A DNA stretch of 64,000 nucleotides from Eledone cirrhosa (Eukaryota), in NCBI GenBank assembly GCA_964016885.1, contig OZ024740.1, forward strand, positions 21,452,001 to 21,516,000, in the 5' to 3' direction. Positions 50,148-61,200 of the stretch are shown in pieces. The notes under the pieces are model-generated. The model saw nothing but the letters and a program-made list of their open reading frames with translations, was not told the origin of the DNA and did no database searches. Both the position numbers and the translations under genes were made by a program. Positions within the stretch are counted from its first letter, which is position 1, and every line of letters begins with the position of its first letter.

Positions 50148-50800
50148 ATGTAAAACATTCCAAAAATTTTGCATCTAATAACTGCATATACACATGTACA
50201 GATACAAAGCATATACACATGCACACATACAACTCAAAACATCCACATCCACACATACAATAACATCCATATCTACACATGCATGCATACATACATATCT
50301 ACCTAGTTGGTGTTGTGTAAATTCCAATGAGAGAGTCTTGTGTCTATGATAGAAACCAACCCTCTCTCTATTGGTAAAACTTTGTGAAATTATAAAACCA
50401 GAAGAACATACATACATACATATTATTGGGGCACTGGGATATGTTAGTAACTGCCTCAATACAAATCTTGAGAAGTTAGGCTTCACAGGAACAGAAAGAA
50501 CACAACTAGTTAGGAAATTACAAGTACAATCCATTAATGGAACAGTAAAAGTATGTAAAACATTCCAAAAATGTTGCATCTAATAACTGCATATACACAT
50601 ACATATACAGATGCAAAGCATATACACATGCACATACACATCCACACATACAATAACATCCATATCTACACATGCATGCATGCATACATATCTACCTAGT
50701 TGATGTTGTGTAAATTCCAATGAGAGAGTATTGTGTCTATGTTAGAAACCCACTCTCTTTCTATTGGTAAAACTTTGTGAAATTATAAAACCAGAAGAAC
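50148..50800 (+). mobile_element. Two tandem 5'-truncated RLE-element 3' ends separated by (CATA)n
   Basis: IIGALGYV...LEKLGF...LQVQSINGTVKVCKTF* plus a 3'UTR duplicated at 50148-50408 and 50552-50800. Confidence 0.7.
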
Positions 50801-51349
50801 ATACATACATACATACATATATGATGGCTGCCCTCTCGTTATCGTGTACGATATACCATTAATACTAATTATTAATTAATTCCATAGTGCAATGGCTGTG
50901 CGTGAAGATTATTTTTAAAGTGAGGAAAGACTGTGCACTGAGCCAATCCCACCCTCTGAGCGACAGTAGCTATAACCCGAAAAGAAGAAAAGATCAACAT
51001 CATCGGTAACTACTGAGCCGCAGGTTTTATATCGGAGTTATCCCAGTTTCCTGAGTTGGCTTCTCCTAGAAGAATGCTGTGACAAATGCTAGGGGTCCTT
51101 CACTCCCAGTGGTTTAACCGCGCGATCGGGTATCCAGCCCGACTATTTCTATGTCCCCGCACACACACATACATGCACCCATGTATATACAAATATACAT
51201 ATACATACATATGTACATGTGTATATACACACTATAGGATGGCCGTTGACTCTTATGAGTTCTTCCGCATACATATATTCATACATACATGCATACATAT
51301 ATACATACATATATTCATACATACATGCATACATATATATACATACATA

Positions 51350-51820
51350 GATGGCTGCGATAGCTGGTACCTTAAAAGTTTGCAAAAGATTCTTGCGATT
51401 CAAGGGATGACAATTTCTTTTCTTTTACAACCTTGCCACCAGGAAGGTGGCCGGTCAAAAATATACTCTAAATTAAGAGAAAGAGAGACATACATACATA
51501 TATTCATACATACATATAAACATACAAACATTAGTTTACAAATCCAGTATCCAAGATACACCTTTAGCTTCATACCCATCATTATTGGAGCTACAGGTTA
51601 TATACCAACCCGCTTGGACCAAAATATGACTGAACTTAGATTTGCAGACAAAAAGCGCAGCTCCCTAATTCATAGTCTATAAATGGCTGCAATAGCTGGC
51701 ACCTTCAAAATTTGCAAAACATTCTTGCGATTCAAGGGATGACAATTTCTTTTCTTTTACAACCTTGCCACCAGGAAGGTGGCCGGTCAAAAAAAATATA
51801 CTCGAAATTAAGAGAAAGAG
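51350..51820 (+). mobile_element. Two 5'-truncated RLE-element 3' ends in (CATA)n
   Basis: FIPIIIGATGYIP...AAIAGTFKICKTFLRFKG* plus the shared 3'UTR. Confidence 0.7.
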
Positions 51821-51936
51821 ACATATATTCATACATACATATAAACATACATACATACATATATTCATACATACATATAAACATACATACATACATACAT
51901 ATAAACATACATACATATATTCATACATACATACAA

Positions 51937-51967
<31 letters not shown>

Positions 51968-51999
51968 AACATACAGACATACATAGATAGACAGTCAAC

Positions 52000-54450
52000 G
52001 CGATCAATCTCATATTTTGGGGTGGGAGACTATTTATTAAATTTAAGATGAATACTATCTCCGACAGTAATGCCACAACTACAGTCAGGTTGAATAACTG
52101 GTTTTTCTTCTAACTATATCTTCTGAAGACACCTTTTATTCGAATTCGTAGAGATATCCGACTAAATACATAATTCATTTTACAAGGATTTGCTACAAAC
52201 AGCATGGCTGAACACATCATCAACAAAAAAATTAAGGAAGTATCGAAGACAAATAACAAAGAAGGTAATCAAACTTTATTCAGTTGTAGCTACAGAAGAA
52301 ACCGAAATTATAAATCGTATTTCTCTTGGAGTTGCGAACTTAATAATGTTTTATTTAATTGTTATAAAATGGCAAAAAACAATCCCTCCATTGGCTATAT
52401 GAATAGAATGAAGCTACACTGGGACGAAATGCACCCAGAGTTAAATTATTTCACAGCGAAACAATTACGCCAACAAGCGACGTTTGTTGAACGTAAAAAT
52501 AAGATAAATATTATTAATTGTAAGTCCCCAACAACAAACATGTTATCAACAACACGTGCTTCAGGTCGCCATGCTACTAGACTTCCTAGCAGCCAGGTCG
52601 AACAGCGCCTTGAAACAACTATGCCTGTAAGAAACTTGACACCACCTGTACCATCTAAGTCTACCTCGAATGCTGGGGAAAACACTATCGATAATAATAA
52701 TAATCGAATAAATGTGACACAACGTGTACCATCCGAGTCTATCTCGACTGTTGTGGAAAATACTACCGATAATGATAATCAAAAGTATAAACAATTGAAA
52801 ATTTCCCTCAACGAAATCTTCCAGAGAAAAATTAACTCATGTATAAATATCTCTCTGGCTGAACGTGTTAAAACGACAATGTTGAATAAAAAACCAAATA
52901 ATGAAATACTACGTGTTATTGACGAAATAGGGGATGAATATTTACGACGGATAAAAACCCCAACATTTTGGCAAATCAACGCCTGTTTATATGCCCTAGC
53001 AACGACAGTGAAGCATTATCTTGGTGATAGCAGAGATATTAACAAGGACAAAACACCACCAAAAATACCATCATATATAACTAAAATAGAAAAAAAGATT
53101 GCTGACCTACGAAAAAATAAGAATATGTGACAATGCTCCTTACATGCAAACAAACACAAAAAACCTCACTCCTCACCAACAAAGAGTGAAAAATAAAGTA
53201 GAGACGGTGTTTGGTAACAGTAGAACCAGAACTCTCCAATATAAGCTGGTCAACCTCAAACAAGAATTGAGAGCTGTTAGCGAAAAACGCCGATACCTGA
53301 AGAAGGTAGATGAGAGAAAAGTGCTTAATAAAAGATTCAGACGAAACCAAACAACAGTCTATAGAGATATAAAGGGCAAAATAATAAGTGTCACTGAGGC
53401 CCCATCCCAGAAAGACATAGATTCCTTTTGGAGAAAAATATGGGGTGAAAAGAAGAATTTCAACCAAGATGCAGTGTGGCTAAGAGAAATCCGAAAGAAC
53501 TATTGCTCCTACACTACAACAAAAACATACGAAATAAGTGAGGGTACCCTTGAGACTGTGATAGGAAAACTCCAAGATAAGAAAACACCAGGAAGAGACA
53601 TGATTGTCAGCTACTGGTACAAAAAACTGACATTCTATCGGAGGTATCTTACTGACCTCTACCAACAAGTTCTTAAGGGAGATACACTTATACCAGAATG
53701 GTTGACATTAGCACAAATATTACTGGTCCCCAAGAACAAAGACACCCACTTGGCAAAAAACTACCGACCCATTGCATGCCAGAACCTGATGTATAAGATG
53801 GATACAGCCTGCCTGAACCTATTCCTCCAAGATCACTGTGAAAATAATAACATCATCACAGATGAACAAGCAGCTGGAAAGAAAAGGGTTTGGGGATGTG
53901 CTGAACAACTCCTAATCAACAAAACTGCGATGTCGGAGGTGCGACAACTTAGGAGGAATATGACTACAGTCTGGCTGGACTACAGGAAAGCTTTCGATTC
54001 TGTTCCCCACTCTTGGATGATAGAGGCCCTCCAACTTGCTAAAGTCCCAGACATTATTGTCAGAGCCATAGAGAGGCTGTCTTCTTCTTGGGCTACTATC
54101 CTAAGGTTAAAGACAGAGAGGGAGGACTCTATTTTCACTGATAAAATAAAATATTCCTTGGGATATATTTCAGGGGGGGGGGGGGCAGTCTCTCTGTGAT
54201 ATTATTCGTCTTGTCATTAAACTCCTTGTCTTTTCTGCTCAAGAAATGTGAGGAATACATCATTGGCTCACAGGAGGACAGAAATACGAACCTAACCCAT
54301 AATTTCTTTGTGGACGATCTGAAACTCTATGCCAAGAACATGGATGGGATGAAGAAAAATCTTGACCTGGTTACAACGTTCTCAAAGGATATAGGAATGG
54401 AGTTTGGCCAAGATAAATGCTCATACATGACTTTAAAGCGGGGAAAAAAG
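52000..54450 (+). mobile_element. R4/Dong-like element: N-terminal region and RT, 3'-truncated, frameshifted
   Basis: GYMNRMKLHW N-terminal motif, KTPGRD, NYRPIAC, EQAAG, WLDYRKAFDSVPHSW, FVDDLKLYA, FSKDIGMEFGQDKC. Confidence 0.88.
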
Positions 54451-54770
54451 ACTAGAAAGAACAGAAAAGGAAGGAAAGAAGTAAATAAATTCAGCTCACC
54501 CTCATTGCGCAGCCCATGGGTATTGGGTAAGCTATGCCGAGTCCCAAACCAAATATCAGACCATATGTAATAAGACAGGTTGCGAAACTGTGATTGACGG
54601 TGAAATAACTCAAATATATTGTATTTACTCCAATAATTGGTTGAGTGCTTTATATCAATTATAAAAATATTTTGCTTGTTGTATCCCAACAAATTAAATA
54701 TAACCTCTACATATATATATATATATGATAAATAACACAAGAGCGTCTACAACATCAAAAGAATTTTATT

Positions 54771-54817
54771 GGCTTACAATGTTTCTTCCTTACGTAACCG
54801 TAGGATTCGTCAGAGCT
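54771..54817 (-). ncRNA. Minimal type I hammerhead ribozyme motif
   Basis: rc reads GCT CTGACGA ATCCTACG-GTTA-CGTAAGGAA GAAAC ATT GTA AGC. Confidence 0.65.
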
Positions 54818-55840
54818 ATAACATAGTTGGATGACCGATAATCACACCAAACCGGAGTACTGTGATCCTTGTGATTTCGAGATATACAACCACCGACACT
54901 GTTACGAAGACCAGAAAACCATACTCCGTAATATTGAACCAAGTGATTGATTTGTGCGACCAAAATAACACCACACACATATTGAACTAGGAATATTGGA
55001 TCCTCCGCCAATGTCTGGGTGAGCAAAAATAGATTTCTATCTGCATTGGAATTTACGAACTTGTGCATCTGCTGTGGTGTCAAAAACAAACGCACATGAC
55101 CGCACAGATAAACAATGGACTATGCCACGTGGCTTGAACCTGTAAGTGAATTGAAGGTTCTGTAACTCTGATATACAGATTATTTATTATTAAGATGTAT
55201 AAACTTGACATAACTATTATCATCTTATGTTCTCCCAACTAATCACATTTGATCATATTTCTCTATCCCGTTTTCTCCCCCCATAATTATAATATTTTTA
55301 TTTTTATTTGAAAAAATCGGGTTTTTAAATTGTGTTTTCCCCTCCAAATACTCGCTTATATTTCTTTATATATTCTCTATATATTTTTTTACATATATAT
55401 CTTTTATCTTTATTATTTTCACTTTTATCCTCCTTTATATTTTACCTTATTCTTACTTTTATACCTTATTATAGTGTAATCTTCCCATGCCTTATTATAC
55501 ATTATTAATTATAGATTATTATTATTACTCTTTTTCCATTTCTAATTACCTCATGTACTTTCTCCTCCGTTATATATATATATATTGTATGCTCTTTGTG
55601 TCTGTGTGGCCTCTGCACACCCTCTGCACCATACTATCGACGCCACCCCATCTATGGTTCAGCTAACCACTCGACTCCCTGGAATGAATATGACCGCAGC
55701 TAGTAAACAAGGACCCACACCCACCCTCCTGCACCAAAATTAGACTTATCGTCCCCTACTTTTGCTCTTTACTCTCTTTACTCTTTGTTCTTGAATGTTT
55801 GGTTGGTAGAGTCCATAACACCAATCAAACCCCTTTTATA

Positions 55841-55885
55841 GCTCTGACGAATCCTACAGTTACGTAAGGAAGAAACATTGTAAGC
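55841..55885 (+). ncRNA. Minimal type I hammerhead ribozyme motif
   Basis: CTGACGA at 55844-55850, TCCT/AGGA stem II, GAAAC at 55872-55876, GUA site at 55882, stem I GCT/AGC. Confidence 0.65.
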
Positions 55886-56027
55886 CAATAAAAATCTTTT
55901 GATGTTGTAGACGCTCTTGTGTTCTTTATCATATATACGACTCTGCTCCAAAGCATAGAGCTAATTATTATGCTGCCAATACCTTAATGGGACACGGGTA
56001 TACAATACCTAACTCCTATTAACCTAA

Positions 56028-56096
<69 letters not shown>

Positions 56097-56368
56097 CGTG
56101 TGTGTGTGTGTGTGTGTGTATACATATACAGACATGCAGACATTTATATATCTGTGTGTCTGTATGTCTGTGTGTATGTATACCCTTATATAACTATATT
56201 ACAGCAAACAACTCCTAATTCGAAATCAGGTCAAAGTTCAGACCCCAATATATATGTATATATATATCAAGTCATTTAAGGGTTAGTGACACCCTCAGCC
56301 TACGGTGTTTAGTTGCATAAAGTCAAGAGCTTCTTGTGATCATATCAATCTTAGATTTCAGTGACCTA

Positions 56369-56603
56369 TTTCTTCTTCTTCTTCTTCTTCTTCTTCTTCT
56401 TCTTCTTCTTCTTCTTCTTCTTCTTCTTCTTCTTCTTCTTCTTCTTCTTCGTCTTCTTCTTCTTCTTCTTCTTCTTCTTCTTCTTCTTCTTCTTCTTCTT
56501 CTTCTTCTTCTTCTTCTTCTTCTTCTTCTTCTTCTTCTTCTTCTTCTTCTTCTTCTTCTTCTTCTTCTTCTTCTTCTTCTTCTTCTTCTTCTTCTTCTTC
56601 TTC
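56369..56603. repeat. (TTC)~78 microsatellite, one interruption
   Basis: Seen directly. Confidence 0.97.
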
Positions 56604-56805
56604 TACTTCTTGACCCACATATTCCTGAGAGAGTAGTGGTGTCAGAGTCCTCAAACACTCCTTCCATCCAGTCTTGTCAGAAGCATTGTCTTCAACTGAT
56701 TCGGCTGGATCTAACTACAACCACCACCATCATATCATCTATCTCAATCCACGTGTTTATATTGTTGCTGTTGTAGTCTTTGCAGTTTTTTAATGATCAG
56801 AATTG

Positions 56806-56989
56806 TTGGCAGTAACGGTAGACGGTCTGACGCCATGCTTTATAGCAAAGTGTTACGGCCCTTGCCATTCTGAGTTCAAATTCAGCCGAGGTTAACTTTG
56901 TCTTTCATCCTTACGGGGTCGATAAAATAAAGCACCAGTAATACACTGGGGTAATAGCTGACCTTGTGCCAAAAGTAGAAACAATTATT
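56806..56989 (+). mobile_element. tRNA-derived SINE
   Basis: TTGGCAGTAACGG head, GAGTTCAAATTC B-box, core and ATTATT tail. Confidence 0.88.
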
Positions 56990-57054
56990 TGGAACAAATC
57001 ATTTGCTGCTATAAACGTTTATCTAACGGAAACTACCCAACAATACTGAGTAGA

Positions 57055-57246
57055 AATAATTGTTTCTACTTTTGGCACAAGGCCAGCAATCACCCAGTGC
57101 ATTACTGGTACTTTATTTTATCGACCCCGTAAGGTTGAAAAGCAAAGCTAACCTCAGCAGGATTTGAACTCAGAACATAAAGGGTCGTAACTCTATGCTG
57201 CAAAGCATGGAGTCCGACGCTCCACCAGCACTGCCAATCCACCACC
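57055..57246 (-). mobile_element. tRNA-derived SINE
   Basis: Same family; tail-to-tail with the previous copy. Confidence 0.88.
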
Positions 57247-57885
57247 CTTGAGTTAATCTATGTATATATAAATTTGAGCGACTTTTGTCCGTCACACAAT
57301 GTGTGTGTGTGTGTGTGCGTGTGTTTGTGTGTGTACGTGTGTGTTTGTGTGAATGTATGTGTGTGTAAAAGGAAGGAAGAGGATGGTGCAAAAACTATAG
57401 AAAAACGCTTGGTATGTGTGATACGCTTGGTGTGTGTGTATGTGTGTGTTTGTGTGAATATATATGTGAATCTATGTGTATTTGTGTGCCTGTAAGTGTG
57501 TCTGTGTTTGCGCGTTTATATTTATATACATACAGGTAAATGTATGATTATGAACATACACACACGTACACACATATATACACATACTCTTCAGCGTGTT
57601 GAAAACATCCTAGTATTATAAAAGAAGACCTGTATCTGTCTGTCGGTCACACATGTGGGAGGGAAAGGGGCAAGAGTGAAAAGGAAAGGCAGCTCCTTTT
57701 TTTAAAGTTGAGAGTAGAAGAGAAATAACTTATGTCATGCTTATAATTTATTGCAAGGTAATGGGGTAGAGACCTGTAGGGGGTGAGATCTGCAAGGTAG
57801 AGATCTGTAGGGGGTGAGATCTGCAAGGTAGAGATCTGTAGGGGGTGAGGAGCCAGTGGAGATGGGAGCACCTAGTAACAATAAT

Positions 57886-58099
57886 TGTTTCTACTTTAGG
57901 CACAAGTCCAGCAATATTGGGAGAAGGGAAAATCGATTAAATCGACCCCAGTGCATTAGAGGTGCTTTATTTATCGACCCCCGCAAGGATGAAAGCCAAA
58001 GCTAACCCCGGCGGGATTTGAACTCAGAACGTAAAGAGCAGTAGCTCTATGCTGAAAATCATGTTGTCCGACGCTCTACCCATACTGCCAATCCACCAC
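57886..58099 (-). mobile_element. tRNA-derived SINE with 15-bp target-site duplication
   Basis: CCTAGTAACAATAAT (57871-57885) and CCTAGAAACAATAAT (58100-58114). Confidence 0.85.
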
Positions 58100-58236
58100 C
58101 CTAGAAACAATAATACAAATAAAACTAAGAATGATAAACAGTTGCTGATTACATAAATATGTTAAAAAAAGCTAAAATCAAAAGTAATGAGAAAATGGGG
58201 GAGGGGTAAGAAGGGTGGATATGGTTGTATGGGAAG

Positions 58237-61200
58237 GTAGAGGACAGTAGAGGACAGTAGAGGACAGTAGAGGAGAGTAGAGGACAGTAGAGGACAGTAG
58301 AGGGAAGTAGAGGAGAGTAGAGGACAGTAGAGGACAGTAGAGGACAGTAGAGGACAGTAGAGGACAGTAGAGGACAGTAGAGGGCAGTAGAGGGCAGTAG
58401 AGGACAGTAGAGGAAGTAGAGGACAGTAGAGGGCAGTAGAGGACAGTAGAGGACAGTAAAGGGAAGTAGAGGACAGTAGATGACAGTAGAGGGCAGTAGA
58501 GGGAGGTAGAGGACAGTAGAGGACAGTAGAGGACAGTAGAGGACAGTAGAGGACAGTAGAGGACAGTAGAGGACAGTAGAGGGCAGTAGAGGGCAGTAGA
58601 GAACTGTAGAGGACAGTAGAGAACTGTAGAGTACAGTAGAGGACTGTAGAGGACAGTAGAGGACAGTAGAGGTAAGTAGAGGTAAGTAGAGAACAGTAGA
58701 GGACAGTAGAGGGAGGTAGAGGACAGTAGAGGACAGTAGAGGACAGTAGAGGACAGTAAAGGGAAGTATAGGACAGTAGAGGGAAGTATAGGAGAATAGA
58801 GGACAGTAGAGGGAAGTACAGGACAGTAGAGGGAAGTACGGGATAGTAGAGGTAAGTAGAGGACAGTAGAGTGAAGTAGAGGACAGTGGAGAGAAGTAGA
58901 GGATAGTAGAGGACAATAGAGGTCAGTAAAGGGAAGTGGAGGGCAGTAGAGGACAGTAGAGTGAAGTAGAGTGTAGTAGAGGGAAGTAGAGGACAGTAGA
59001 GGTAAGTAGAGGACAGTAGAGGAAAGTAGAGGACAGTAGAGGACAGTAGAGGGCAGTAGAGGAAAGTAGAGGACAGTAGAGGTAATTAGAGGGCAGTAGA
59101 GGACAGTAGAGGACAGTAGAGGACAGTAAAGGACAGTAGAGGGAGGTAGAGGACAGTAGAGGACAGTAGATGACAGTAGATGGCAGTAGAGGACAGTAGA
59201 GGGAAATAGAGGACAGTGGAAAGAAGTAGATGACAGTAGAGGACAATAGAGGTCAGTAGAGGGAAGTGGAAGGCAGTAGAGGACAGTAGAGGGAAGTAGA
59301 GAGTAGTAGAGGACAGTAGAGATAAGTAGAGGAGAGTATACGACAGTAGAGGGCAGTACAGGGAAGTAAAGGACAATAGAGGACAGTAGAGGGCAGTAGA
59401 GGAAACTAGAGGACAGTAGAGGACAGTAGAGGAGAGTAGAGGGGAGTAGAGGAAGTATAGGACAGTAGAGGATAGTAGAGGACAGTAGAGGGAAGTAGAG
59501 GACAGTAGAAGACAGTAGAGGACAGTAGAGAGAAGTAGAGGACAGTGGAGAGAAGTAGAGGACAATAGGGGACAATAGAGGTCAGTAGAGGGAAGTGGGG
59601 GGCAGTAGAGGACAGTAGAGGTAAGTAGAGAGTAGTAGAGGACAGTAGAGGACAGTAGAGGGAAGTAGAGGACAGTAGAGGACAGTAGAGGACTGTAGAG
59701 AACAGTAGAGGGAAGTAGAGGACAGTAGAGGGAAGTAGAGGGACATAGAGAAAAGTAGAGGACAGTAGAACACATTAGAGGAGACTAGAGGACAGTAGAG
59801 GACAGTAGAGGACGGTAGAGGACAGTAGAGGGAAGTAGAGAACAGTAGAGGGCAGTAGAGGACAGTAGAGGAGAGTAGAGGGCAGTAGATGACAGTAGAG
59901 GACAGTAGAGGACAGTAGAGGGAAGTATAGGACAGTAGAGGGAAGTAGAGGAGAGTAGAGGACAGTAGTGGGAATTAGAGGAGAGTAGAGGTAAGTAGAG
60001 GAGAGGAGAGGACAGTAGAGGACAGTAGAGGAGAGTAGAGGTATGTAGAGGAGAGTAGAGGACAGTAGAGGGAAGTAGATGAGAATAGAGGTAAGTAGAG
60101 GAGAGTAGAGGGCAGTAGAGGGCAGTAGAGGACATTAGAGGGAAGTAGAGGAGAGTAGAGGACAGTAGAGGACAGTAGAGGACAGTAGAGGACAGTAGAG
60201 GACAGTAGAGGACAGTAGAGGACAGTAGAGCACAGTAGAGGGCAGTAGAGGGCAGTAGAGGACAGTAGAGGAAGTAGAGGACAGTAGAGGGCAGTAGAGG
60301 ACAGTAAAGGGAAGTAGAGGACAGTAGATGACAGTAGAGGGCAGTAGAGGGAGGTAGAGGACAGTAGAGGACAGTAGAGGACAGTAGAGGACAGTAGAGG
60401 ACAGTAGAGGGCAGTAGAGAACTGTAGAGAACAGTAGAGAACTGTAGAGTACAGTAGAGGACTGTAGAGGACAGTAGAGGACAGTAGAGGTAAGTAGAGG
60501 TAAGTAGAGAACAGTAGAGGACAGTAGAGGGAAGTAGAGGACAGTAGAGGACAGTAGAGGACAGTAGAGGACAGTAAAGGGAAGTATAGGACAGTAGAGG
60601 GAAGTATAGGAGAATAGAGGACAGTAGAGGGAAGTACAGGACAGTAGAGGGAAGTACAGGATAGTAGAGGTAAGTAGAGGACAGTAGAGTGAAGTAGAGG
60701 ACAGTGGAGAGAAGTAGAGGATAGTAGAGGACAATAGAGGTCAGTAAAGGGAAGTGGAGGGCAGTAGAGGACAGTAGAGTGAAGTAGAGTGTAGTAGAGG
60801 GAAGTAGAGGACAGTAGAGGTAAGTAGAAAACAGTAGAGGAAAGTAGAGGACAGTAGAGGGCAGTAGAGTTCAGTAGAGGACAGTAGAGGTAATTAGAGG
60901 GCAGTAGAGGACAGTAGAGGACAGTAGAGGACAGTAGAGGTCAGTAAAGGGAAGTGGAGGGCAGTAGAGGACAGTAGAGTGAAGTAGAGTGTAGTAGAGG
61001 GAAGTAGAGGACAGTAGAGGTAAGTAGAGGACAGTAGAGGAAAGTAGAGGGCAGTAGAGGACAGTAGAGGACAGTAGAGGACAATAGAGGACAGTAGAGG
61101 GAATTAGAGAGAAGTAGAGGACAGTATAGGAATGTAAAGGCCAGTAGAGGACAGTAGAGGGAAGTGGAGGGCAGTAGAGGACAGTAGATGACAGTAGATG

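Larger units (their letters stand above)
54722..55937 (+). mobile_element. 5'-truncated Penelope-like element with ~100-bp inverted terminal repeats, flanked by (TA)n
   Basis: 54722-54820 is the rc of 55837-55935. A PxGLN* C-terminal motif typical of PLE GIY-YIG ORFs ends at ~55145. Confidence 0.7.

Noticed and set aside
49857-50174. Host C2H2 zinc-finger gene
   Set aside because: The fingers sit at an ORF end followed by a microsatellite tail, typical of RTE C-termini; no HTGEKP linkers.
50880-51160. HDV-like ribozyme in a possible LINE 5'UTR (minus strand)
   Set aside because: Could not build the nested double-pseudoknot pairings by eye.
56323-56776. Poly-R/L/E/F ORFs
   Set aside because: Translations of (TTC)n.
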